A stretch of DNA of 64,000 nucleotides, from assembly GCA_947581795.1 (NCBI GenBank), contig CANPVS010000013.1, positions 64-64,063 on the forward strand, given 5' to 3'. Shown here one piece after another: positions 55,972 to 64,000 of the stretch (the first letter of the stretch is position 1; every line of letters begins with the position of its first letter). Source of the DNA: an uncultured Oscillospiraceae bacterium. Lineage in GTDB: Bacteria > Bacillota > Clostridia > Oscillospirales > Oscillospiraceae. A program made the position numbers and the translations under genes. Under the pieces are notes generated by a model. That model did no database searches. It saw only the letters and a list, made by a program, of their open reading frames with translations, and was not told the origin of the DNA.

Positions 55972-56661
55972 ATGTACACCGTTCTCATCTGTGACGACGA
56001 CAGGGATATCCGCCGGGCGCTGCATATATACCTCACCGGAGCGGGCTATACCGTCCTGGAGGCATCCAACGGCAGGGAGGCTCTGGACATCGTGGACAGG
56101 GAGGATGTACACCTGGTCCTCCTGGACATCATGATGCCCGAGATGGACGGGGTATCCGCTCTGACCCTCCTGCGGGAGCGGAACGACAACATCCCCGTGA
56201 TCCTTCTCACCGCCAAGAGCGAGGACAGCGACAAGATCATGGGCCTGGAGCTGGGCGCGGACGACTACGTGACCAAGCCCTTCAACGCGCAGGAGGTCAT
56301 CGCCCGGGTGAAGGCTCTGCTGCGTCGGTACATGCGCATGAGCGAGAAGGACCAGAAGCCCTCCACGCTTGCCTTGGGCGGTATTGAGATGGACGACGAC
56401 ACCAAGACCGTCACCGTGGACGGGGAGGAGATCACCATCACGCCCAAGGAATACGACATTCTGAAGTTTTTCCTGGAGAATCCCGGCAAGGTCTTCTCCA
56501 GCCGGGAGATATACCGCCAGGTCTGGCAGGACACGCCCATGGGCGCGGAGGGGACGGTGGCCGTCCATATCCGCCATCTGCGGGAGAAGGTGGAGATAAA
56601 CCCTGCCGAGCCGCGGTATTTGAAGGTGGTCTGGGGGAAGGGATACAAGATCGAGGGGTGA
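55972..56661 (+). CDS. OmpR-family response regulator
   Basis: Receiver domain (LICDDD..., LLDIMMPEMDG, K at TAKS) plus a winged-helix C-terminal domain. Confidence 0.9.
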   Translation: MYTVLICDDDRDIRRALHIYLTGAGYTVLEASNGREALDIVDREDVHLVLLDIMMPEMDGVSALTLLRERNDNIPVILLTAKSEDSDKIMGLELGADDYVTKPFNAQEVIARVKALLRRYMRMSEKDQKPSTLALGGIEMDDDTKTVTVDGEEITITPKEYDILKFFLENPGKVFSSREIYRQVWQDTPMGAEGTVAVHIRHLREKVEINPAEPRYLKVVWGKGYKIEG

Positions 56662-56667
56662 GGCTGT

Positions 56668-58674
56668 TTGAGGACGCTCTTGCGGGAGATGTGGTTCCGG
56701 GCGCTGATGATGCTTCTGTACTGCCTTGCAGCGGCAGCGGGCGCGGTGAGCCTGAGCCTTTATAACTTCGCGCTGAGAGACGGCTGGTATGGTGAGAACA
56801 ACGCTGTAAGAGGCTTTGGGTTCCAGGACAGTCAGCTGTGCCGGTACTATGTCCAGGACTGTCTGTACGCGGTCCAGCGCAATCTTGTATGGCTGGAGGA
56901 CCCAACCAACGAGACCCTGGGCGGCTACGGCGGCGCCGCCTTTTCCTATAAGATATACGACGGCAGCATCGTCACGGCGGACACCACCTCCGAGGACTCC
57001 CGCTATGTGTATTCCATAAATGTAGAGCTTCCTGTTCCCGACACGGAGGTGATAAGGGTATCCATCGACCCAGCGGATGGCTCGGTGGAGACGGATGGCT
57101 CTGCTTTACCCGCACCTACGCCGCTCCCATGGGAGACGGAGGAAAGCGGCGAGATCCGATACGACGCCTATAAGACCTATCTGGTCGAGGGCTATGTGAA
57201 TCTGCCGGTAAAGCCCTATGACGGCTGCTACCGGGAGTATTACGTTTTTCAGCACCTGTACGCCTTCAAGGACTATTTTCTCCCCATCTGGATACCGTCT
57301 ATCCTCCTGGCGGTAGTGCTGTTCGTGTTCAGCATGGTGGCGGCGGTCCAGGAGGGGCGGCAGGGAAAGACCACCCTCACGGGGCACATCCCCTTTGACG
57401 CGGCCGCCCTGGTGTTCTGGCTGGTATTCTCCTGGGCCAGGACAATTTTCTGGCGCATGCCGGAGATATACAATATCATGTGCATGGTGGGGATCACCAA
57501 CGAGACCATCAACGTGATATTTATGCTGTGGGTGGCGCTTCTGAGCGGGGTCATCCTGGCCAACCAACTGACCAACGGGACTTTTGGGGACAGGTTGCTG
57601 CTGCGCAGGCTGGTCCGAAAGATACCGGCCCAGTTGTTTGTTTTGGGCACTTTGGGGCTGCACGCGGTGCTCATCATGCTGCTGGTCATGTTCGGTGTCG
57701 ACAGGGCCTTCCTCACAATGAGCCTGTTGGCCTTTGACGCGGTGCTGGTTCCCTTCATCCTGCGCTGGTATCTGGAGGAAAAGCGCATCCGGGACGCAGC
57801 CGAGGCGCTGGCGGCGGGCGACCTCACCTACAAGGTGGACGCCAAGAAGCTCCACGTGGGCTGGAAGGCTCTGGGGCAGGACCTGAACCGCATCGGCGAC
57901 GGCATGGCCCTGGCCGTAGAGGAGCAGATGCGCTCCGAGCGGATGAAGACCGAGCTCATCACCAATGTGAGCCACGACCTGAAGACGCCCCTGACAAGCA
58001 TCATCAACTATATCGAATTGTTGAAGGATGAGAGCCTTCCGGAGGAGACACGCCGGGAGTATCTGGCAGTGCTGGACAGGCAGGGGGCCAAGCTCAAGAA
58101 GCTCACAGAGGACGTAGTGGAGGCCTCCAAAGCCGTCAGCGGCGCGGTGACCGTGAACGCGGAACTTTTCGATGTGCGGGAGCTTTTGGAGCAGTCGGTG
58201 GGTGAGTACAGCGAGCGGCTGGCCGCCGCGGGAATAGAGCCCGTGCTGCACGCCCCGGAGCAGGAGACATACATTCTGGCGGACGCCAGGCTCTTGGGGC
58301 GGGTGCTGGATAATTTTATCACCAATGTTCTCAAATATGCCCAGCCTGGTACGAGGGCCTACTTTGACTTGGATGTGGACGGGGAGAAGACTGCCATCGC
58401 CATAAAGAACGTGTCCCGGTTCCCGCTGGATATCCCCGCGGATGAGCTCATGGAGCGATTCGTCCGGGGCGACAGCTCCAGGAGCACCGAGGGCAGCGGT
58501 CTCGGCCTCTCCATCGCCAGGAGCCTCACGGAGCTCATGGGCGGCGAGATGACCCTCACCCTGGACGGGGACCTGTTCAAAGTAGAAGTCTCTTTCCCTG
58601 GCTCAGCGCCGCCGGTTCTGGCGGAAGGGGAGGCAAAATCCCTGCCGGAACCAGTTGTGGCAGCGGCTGAATAA
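56668..58674 (+). CDS. sensor histidine kinase
   Basis: Multi-TM N-terminal half, HAMP-like region, H-box ELITNVSHDLKTPLTSI, and N and G boxes (GSGLGLSIA). TTG start. Confidence 0.88.
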   Translation: MRTLLREMWFRALMMLLYCLAAAAGAVSLSLYNFALRDGWYGENNAVRGFGFQDSQLCRYYVQDCLYAVQRNLVWLEDPTNETLGGYGGAAFSYKIYDGSIVTADTTSEDSRYVYSINVELPVPDTEVIRVSIDPADGSVETDGSALPAPTPLPWETEESGEIRYDAYKTYLVEGYVNLPVKPYDGCYREYYVFQHLYAFKDYFLPIWIPSILLAVVLFVFSMVAAVQEGRQGKTTLTGHIPFDAAALVFWLVFSWARTIFWRMPEIYNIMCMVGITNETINVIFMLWVALLSGVILANQLTNGTFGDRLLLRRLVRKIPAQLFVLGTLGLHAVLIMLLVMFGVDRAFLTMSLLAFDAVLVPFILRWYLEEKRIRDAAEALAAGDLTYKVDAKKLHVGWKALGQDLNRIGDGMALAVEEQMRSERMKTELITNVSHDLKTPLTSIINYIELLKDESLPEETRREYLAVLDRQGAKLKKLTEDVVEASKAVSGAVTVNAELFDVRELLEQSVGEYSERLAAAGIEPVLHAPEQETYILADARLLGRVLDNFITNVLKYAQPGTRAYFDLDVDGEKTAIAIKNVSRFPLDIPADELMERFVRGDSSRSTEGSGLGLSIARSLTELMGGEMTLTLDGDLFKVEVSFPGSAPPVLAEGEAKSLPEPVVAAAE

Positions 58675-58676
58675 GC

Positions 58677-58708
58677 AAAAAGGAGCGTCGTTTGACGCTC
58701 CTTTTTAT
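58677..58708. terminator. bidirectional terminator between the convergent kinase and dut genes
   Basis: AAAAA-GGAGCGTC-gttt-GACGCTCC-TTTTT. Confidence 0.8.
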
Positions 58709-58722
58709 TATGTCGGAATAGT

Positions 58723-59133
58723 TCACGCGCCGGTGCTGCCGAAGCCGCCGGCGCCCCGGTCCGTCTCGTCCAGGGAGTCCACCTGCTCCAGTGCCGGGGT
58801 TAAGATAGGGAGGATCACCAGCTGGATCAGCTTCATCCCTGCCTCGATCGTCACATCCTCGTCGCCCTGATTGTAGAGTTTGACCACGATGGGGCCTGTA
58901 TAGCCGGAATCAATGACGCCCTCGCCCAGGATGTTCCGCTTCACATTGAGGCCGCTCTTGCTTTTGAGCATGCCCACGTACCCCTCCGGAATGGCTACAT
59001 GCACGCCCGTGTCCACCGTGGCGCGCCCACGCGCCGGGATAGTCACGGCTTTGAGGGCGTACAGGTCCAGGCCCGCGTCGGTAGGGTGAGCCCGGGTGGG
59101 CATGATGGCGCCGGGATCAAGCATCACTTTCAT
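58723..59133 (-). CDS. dut: dUTP diphosphatase
   Basis: DAGLDLY, GVIDSGYTG and C-terminal RGAGGFGSTG motifs. Confidence 0.9.
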   Translation of the reverse strand: MKVMLDPGAIMPTRAHPTDAGLDLYALKAVTIPARGRATVDTGVHVAIPEGYVGMLKSKSGLNVKRNILGEGVIDSGYTGPIVVKLYNQGDEDVTIEAGMKLIQLVILPILTPALEQVDSLDETDRGAGGFGSTGA

Positions 59134-59135
59134 GG

Positions 59136-60293
59136 TCAGAATTCCTCCCCTATGGGCGTCAGTATGGCGGGCTTCAGCAGGAACAGGTTGTTGTCCGTAG
59201 AGAAATTGCTCACGCTGTAGAGCACCAATATCATATCGAAATCGTTGTCCAGTGCGTACTGATATAGGCCGCTGCGGTAGTACCGAAGGTCCATCAGGTC
59301 CACCCGGGAGAAGTTTTCCAGCAGGAAGGGAGCCAGACTGTCGGAATAGGAGTCCCGGACGATCAGCAGCCGGGGCCCGTCATGGGCTGTCTCGATGGAA
59401 CGGAGAGGGGAGACCCCGCCCAGGAACATGGAGTACTTGTCCTTCACGTCCAGATAGGATGTGTCATAGAGGGGGCCCTCGCTGGTCTGCACACCCTCGT
59501 AGCTCATTACAGTCACGGTGCCGTCGTCAGGGACGAATGTCTCTATTTCGTCCGGCCGCACCCAGGCGAAGCCGGAGGAGGAGTAGGTGGTCCCGTAGAA
59601 CTGATCCGTGACCACCTGACGGTTGTAGTCGGACAGGGAGGGGGCGGGGAGGTCCATGGCCTCACACAGCGCCTGGTAGCCGTAGAACGCGCCCAGGCTG
59701 GTCCAGTGATGGTCCGTGCGGTAAAAGATATACTCGTCGCTGTGGGCCCGCAGCGCGGAGGAGAAGTCGATATTCACAGCCTTGCTCTCGCTGTAAGCCC
59801 GGTCTATCACCGCCTGCTGGCTGTCGCAGGGGGCGTTTTCCGGCAGGAGGGAGGCGTTGATCTCCGATGCGCCGGGAATGAGGCCAAAGTAGACGGGTAT
59901 CTCGCTCTGCTCCGCCAAGGCATTGACAAAGCCCATTTTTTCATCTATCTCTTCGTCGGAGGGGGCTGTAAAGCGGGTGATGAGGGTGTCATCGCCGCAG
60001 TAGAAGACATCGTTGTTCTCCTTCTTGCCGGAGAGGAGCTCGCAGCGGGCTTTCAGGGCTGTCCAGGTGTCCCGGAAGGCAAATTGGTCGGTGGTATAGC
60101 TCTCAAAATCGGAGGTGAAATCCCCCTTGAACAGCGCCCGGAAGGAGAAATCCGGCAGCATTTGCAGGTACCGATTCTCCTGCTGGGAGAATTCCACGTC
60201 CGGCAGGGCGATATTGAGGATGAAAAACGCGCCGATGAAGCCCAGAAACACCACGAGCACGGCGATCTTTGCTGCTTTCTGCATTGCGTTCAC
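59136..60293 (-). CDS. DHHW-motif (AlgX/SGNH-like) protein partnering the MBOAT
   Basis: RTDHHWTSLGA motif and an N-terminal TM helix. Confidence 0.75.
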   Translation of the reverse strand: MNAMQKAAKIAVLVVFLGFIGAFFILNIALPDVEFSQQENRYLQMLPDFSFRALFKGDFTSDFESYTTDQFAFRDTWTALKARCELLSGKKENNDVFYCGDDTLITRFTAPSDEEIDEKMGFVNALAEQSEIPVYFGLIPGASEINASLLPENAPCDSQQAVIDRAYSESKAVNIDFSSALRAHSDEYIFYRTDHHWTSLGAFYGYQALCEAMDLPAPSLSDYNRQVVTDQFYGTTYSSSGFAWVRPDEIETFVPDDGTVTVMSYEGVQTSEGPLYDTSYLDVKDKYSMFLGGVSPLRSIETAHDGPRLLIVRDSYSDSLAPFLLENFSRVDLMDLRYYRSGLYQYALDNDFDMILVLYSVSNFSTDNNLFLLKPAILTPIGEEF

Positions 60294-60294
60294 C

Positions 60295-61695
60295 TCAGAA
60301 ACGGAAGTAGAGGAAGGGGTTATAGGTGGAATCCACGAGGTATGCGGTGGATACCACCAGCACCAGGGCGATGAGCACCGGCGCGGCTACGGCCCGGAGC
60401 TTTTCCGGGAGCTTTTTGAAGAAGCTCCGGCCTACGGGGAGGCTGGATATACAGCCTACCAGGAGCACGCCGCCGAACCCTACGAGATAATAGAGGTCCC
60501 TGCCAGCGCAGAAGCCCGCCTGACCAAAGCCATACATGGCCCGGAAGAATACCAGCGTCTGGCTCACGCTGGTCTGCTGGAAGATGACCCAGCCGGAGAT
60601 AGCGATGAGCAGGGTATAGATATGGCCCACGAACCGGGGGAGCCTGTCCAGCCACTTCAGCAGGAACATCTTCTCCAGGATGAGGAAGAAGGCGTAGTAT
60701 AGGCCCCAAAAGAGGAACGTCCAGCTGGCCCCGTGCCACAGGCCTGTGAGGGACCAGACGATCAGCAGATTCAGCATCTGCCGGGGAAGGCCCTTCCGGC
60801 TGCCGCCCAGGGGGATATACACATAGTCCCGAAACCAGGTGCCCAGACTCATGTGCCAGCGGCGCCAAAACTCCGTCACCGTCCGTGATATATAGGGATA
60901 GTTGAAGTTCTCCAAAAACTCAAAGCCAAGCATCCGCCCCAGGCCGATGGCCATGTCGGAGTAACCGGAGAAATCGAAGTAGATCTGCAGGGAGAAGGCG
61001 ATGGCCGCCATCCAGGCCCCGGCAAAGGTGAGCTCCGAGGCAGGGGCACCCGCGTACACGTCCCAGAGCATACCCACATTGTTGGCGATGAGCACCTTTT
61101 TGGCCAGACCAACGATGAACCGTTCCACGCCGGAGGCGAACTTGTCCAGGGTCTCATGGCGCTCGTCCAGCTGTTCGGCGACGTCCTTGTAGCGGACGAT
61201 AGGGCCGGCGATGAGCTGGGGGAACAGGGCCACGAAGGTGCCAAATTTGATGAAGTTCCGCTGGACGTGCCCGTCGCCGCGATACACGTCGATGGGGTAG
61301 CTCATGGTCTGGAAGGTGTAGAAGGAAATGCCGATGGGCAGGGCCAGCCCCAGGGTGGGGATATCCACGCCGGGGATCATGCTCAGGGTCTCCGCCACCA
61401 GGTCGAAGTACTTGAAGAAGAACAGGATGCCCAGATTCAGGACCGTATTGACGATGAGCACCCGCTTGGCCTTTGGCCGGGCGTCAGGCAGATACCGGCC
61501 GATGAGAAGGCCGCTCACATAGTTGATGCAGATGGAAAGGAGCATCAAAAGGATGTAGACCGGCTCGCCCCAGCCGTAGAACACCAGATTCACGGCAAAC
61601 AGCCAGACGTTCCGCCAGCGGGCCGGGCAGATGTAATACACCGCCAGGACCACGGGCAGATATAGGAACATGAAGAGGATGCTGGAAAATACCAT
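60295..61695 (-). CDS. MBOAT family O-acyltransferase (AlgI/DltB-like)
   Basis: 466 aa, polytopic, with FWRRWHMSLGTWFRDYVYIPLGG motif. Confidence 0.88.
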   Translation of the reverse strand: MVFSSILFMFLYLPVVLAVYYICPARWRNVWLFAVNLVFYGWGEPVYILLMLLSICINYVSGLLIGRYLPDARPKAKRVLIVNTVLNLGILFFFKYFDLVAETLSMIPGVDIPTLGLALPIGISFYTFQTMSYPIDVYRGDGHVQRNFIKFGTFVALFPQLIAGPIVRYKDVAEQLDERHETLDKFASGVERFIVGLAKKVLIANNVGMLWDVYAGAPASELTFAGAWMAAIAFSLQIYFDFSGYSDMAIGLGRMLGFEFLENFNYPYISRTVTEFWRRWHMSLGTWFRDYVYIPLGGSRKGLPRQMLNLLIVWSLTGLWHGASWTFLFWGLYYAFFLILEKMFLLKWLDRLPRFVGHIYTLLIAISGWVIFQQTSVSQTLVFFRAMYGFGQAGFCAGRDLYYLVGFGGVLLVGCISSLPVGRSFFKKLPEKLRAVAAPVLIALVLVVSTAYLVDSTYNPFLYFRF

Positions 61696-61701
61696 GCTCG
61701 A

Positions 61702-62676
61702 TCATTCCTCCGTGTCTTTCGGTGTAAAATCCCCCAGGGGATTGGCCTCCGCGGCCTTTTTCAGTTCCGCGTTGGCGATGTGGGTGTAGATCTGGGTGGT
61801 GTTCAGGTTCTCGTGGCCCAGGACCTCCTGGAGCGTGCGCACATCCACGCCGTTCTGGAGCATCAGGGTGGCCGCCGTGTGGCGCAGCTTGTGGGGGGAG
61901 ATGTGGCTGGCGTCCAGGCCGGCCTTCAGGAGGGTCTTGTGGACCATCACCTGCACCGCGTCCACGCTCATACGTGTCCGCCGGTTAGAGAGAAAAACAG
62001 CGTTTTTGTCCGTTGTAGGTATATCCTTCCGGACCAGCAGCCAGTCATTCAGTGCCTTAGCACTTGCTGGGTTTAAGTAGACCACCCGCTCCTTGCTGCC
62101 TTTGCCATGGATGAGGAGACTGTCCTGGCGGATGTCCGTGAGGTTCAGGCCCACCATCTCGGAGATGCGGAGGCCGCAGTTAAGGAACAGACACAGAATG
62201 CAGTAATCTCGCTCGGCGTTTTTCCCGTCCACGGCGTTCAGGAGCCGGCGGCTCTCGTCCAGGGTCAGGTAGTGGGGGAGGGTCTTCTTCAGCTTGGGCG
62301 CGTCCAGGTCCTGGACGGGGTTTTCCGTGAGCTGCTTCGTCTTTACGGTGAGGTAGCGGTAAAACCCCTTCAGGCTGGTGATCATCCGCGCCCGGGAGGC
62401 CGCGTTCAATTCCCGGTCGCGGGAAAGATAGGCCAAAAAGTCGTAGACCTCCGCCAACGTCACAGAGCCATAGAAGTCCAGATCCGCGTTCCGAATGTCC
62501 ACGTCTTCCAGGGGCGTGTCCCGGGGGACTATGTCCCGGGAAATATAGAGATACCGGGTGAAGGTCCGCAGATCCATGAAATAGGAATCCACCGTTTTCT
62601 TCGATTGTCCCTTGATGGTGTCGTGGTACACGAGAAATTCCCGCAGCACCCGCGGCGCCTCGGTCTGATAGCTCAT
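61702..62676 (-). CDS. tyrosine recombinase, XerC/XerD-like
   Basis: Core-binding domain, then catalytic RISE...HKLRHTAAT...LGHENLNTTQIYTH. Confidence 0.8.
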   Translation of the reverse strand: MSYQTEAPRVLREFLVYHDTIKGQSKKTVDSYFMDLRTFTRYLYISRDIVPRDTPLEDVDIRNADLDFYGSVTLAEVYDFLAYLSRDRELNAASRARMITSLKGFYRYLTVKTKQLTENPVQDLDAPKLKKTLPHYLTLDESRRLLNAVDGKNAERDYCILCLFLNCGLRISEMVGLNLTDIRQDSLLIHGKGSKERVVYLNPASAKALNDWLLVRKDIPTTDKNAVFLSNRRTRMSVDAVQVMVHKTLLKAGLDASHISPHKLRHTAATLMLQNGVDVRTLQEVLGHENLNTTQIYTHIANAELKKAAEANPLGDFTPKDTEE

Positions 62677-62743
62677 GGAAAAGCCCTCCAACAATGCAAT
62701 ATAATAGCAGAGAGGGACGGGGCTTGTCTATAGGCAAAATACA

Positions 62744-62778
62744 CTAAAAATTCGGCATAATTAATATTATGCCGAATT
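62744..62778 (-). terminator. rho-independent terminator
   Basis: AATTCGGCATAAT-taat-ATTATGCCGAATT, followed on the minus strand by TTTTTAG. Confidence 0.75.
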
Positions 62779-63470
62779 TAGGGGAGGACTATGGAGCCGC
62801 CTATATCAAATATGGGCCTGTCCGTCAGGAACAGGGCTTTCTGCCCATGGGCAGCGAGAAAATCGGTAATGCGTCCCTCGTCCGGATGTCCGTCCAGATT
62901 TCCGGTGAACGCTACTGTATTACTATTTATTTTAAATGACGCGCCGCCGATGAATCCATAGTCGTATCCGTCCAAATCTATGTGGCCTGGCTCGATGAGC
63001 AGCACGTCCATCCCGGCGTTTTTCGCGGCTCTGGAGACGCCAGCGTCAGACGTAATGATGGAATGGTCGTCTACGATCGCCGCAGCGCAGCGGGCGTAGC
63101 CCTGATTCACATGGACCGGCTTGCCGCACAGCAGCGGCAGCACCGCGGGGTCAACGGCGGCAGGGTCATATATCGTGTATTCCCCCGTGGCGCAGACGCA
63201 CAATCCCGCGTCCCTGGGATAGTCCGGTCCCTGCTCCCGCTGAGCTTCCGTCACCATATATCCCCTATTAGTCAAAAAGTTAACAATATAAGGATATATC
63301 CCCTTCGCCGCCACCACATGACCGTCGGAGACAAAAACGGACAGGTCCGCGTGACCCGCAAGGCGCGGGTCTACGTCATTGTTATCAGGAAGCCAAAACG
63401 CCTCTATCCCTTGGCGCGCAAGGCTTTGGGCCAGTTCAGGCTCATACCTCTTCCCTATCAGGAACGTCAC
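62778..63470 (-). CDS. hypothetical protein (possibly DUF6873-like)
   Basis: 230-aa ORF with host-like codon usage. Family assignment is from memory only. Confidence 0.45.
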   Translation of the reverse strand: MTFLIGKRYEPELAQSLARQGIEAFWLPDNNDVDPRLAGHADLSVFVSDGHVVAAKGIYPYIVNFLTNRGYMVTEAQREQGPDYPRDAGLCVCATGEYTIYDPAAVDPAVLPLLCGKPVHVNQGYARCAAAIVDDHSIITSDAGVSRAAKNAGMDVLLIEPGHIDLDGYDYGFIGGASFKINSNTVAFTGNLDGHPDEGRITDFLAAHGQKALFLTDRPIFDIGGSIVLP

Positions 63471-64000
63471 AGCGTCTTCTCCACAGCCTCCCGCAGGGTC
63501 TTCACGTAAATGAGCTCCAGCCCCTTAGGCGGCTTCAGTTCGCCCCGGATCCGGGAGGGGATCACACACTGGGTGAAGCCCAGGCGCGCGATCTCGGAAA
63601 GTCGCTGGTCCAGTGCCTGGACGGCGCGGATCTCTCCGGTGAGGCCCACCTCCCCTACCGCGGCCAGCTTGTCCGGCAGGGGCATATCCCGGAAGCTGGA
63701 GGCGATGGCGAGGCAGGCGGCCAGGTCCGCGGCGGGCTCGTCCAATGTGAGGCCGCCCACGATATTGATATAGGCGTCGCAAGAGCTCAGGTTCATGCCG
63801 CCCCGCTTTTCCAGCACGGCCAGCAGCAGATAGAGCCGGTTGTAATCAAAGCCGTTGGAGGTGCGACGGGCAGCGGAGAAGCCTGTGGGCGTCACCAACG
63901 CCTGCACCTCGGCCAGAATGGGGCGGCTGCCCTCCATCACACAGGCCACGCATGTGCCGGGCACGCCCACGGGGCGTCCTGCCAGCATGACCTCCGAGGG
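63467..64000 (-). CDS. radA: DNA repair protein RadA/Sms, C-terminal Lon-like part (5' end outside window)
   Basis: AEVQALV...DYNRLYLLLAVLEKR...GEVGLTGEIR motifs. The frame is open to the window edge. Confidence 0.85.
   Translation of the reverse strand, partial: PSEVMLAGRPVGVPGTCVACVMEGSRPILAEVQALVTPTGFSAARRTSNGFDYNRLYLLLAVLEKRGGMNLSSCDAYINIVGGLTLDEPAADLAACLAIASSFRDMPLPDKLAAVGEVGLTGEIRAVQALDQRLSEIARLGFTQCVIPSRIRGELKPPKGLELIYVKTLREAVEKTL

Noticed and set aside
61702-62676. Tyrosine recombinase as a marker of a second mobile element.
   Set aside because: No compositional shift, flanking repeats or cargo genes. The domain layout and context are compatible with a housekeeping XerC/XerD-type recombinase.

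Overview
High-G+C Clostridia-type chromosome (probably an Oscillospiraceae-like spore former; this is inference only). Most of the window is ordinary housekeeping: nrdDG, coaX, ispDF, cdaA-cdaR, yicC-remA-gmk-rpoZ-priA-def-fmt-rsmB-rlmN-stp-prkC-rsgA, yebC, RNase P RNA, murD, two M42 peptidases, yunB, ligA, a MATE pump, pfk/fba, a two-component system, dut, a DHHW/MBOAT pair, a xer-like recombinase and radA.

The exception is a visibly AT-richer element of 14,765 bp (35492..50256) inserted inside the spore-coat gene cotJC (Mn-catalase family). I could resolve both junctions to the base. They share only a 2-bp TC/GA core, the termini are 9-bp perfect inverted repeats, and deleting the element in silico restores an in-frame cotJC of about 200 aa. 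A DUF4368-type large serine recombinase gene ends 29 bp inside the left end.

The element also carries:
- a relaxase-like protein plus a type IV coupling protein, with no mating-pore genes;
- a SprT-like protease;
- a DUF4160/DUF2442 pair;
- a sigma-region-4-like regulator preceded by a highly structured leader;
- a compact operon at 39.1-45.9 kb, which I rank as the most interesting candidate.

That operon encodes two tandem paralogous DNA-methyltransferase-like proteins lacking the catalytic NPPY motif, a full Eco57I-like N6-adenine methyltransferase, a small HEPN-like (Rx5H) protein, a 1000-aa GIY-YIG/T5orf172-SF2 helicase fusion and an RHH protein. It looks like a split Type ISP-like restriction-modification core with extra components that I cannot assign to any named defence system.

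All calls come from reading the translated ORFs and the DNA by eye. No database searches were run.
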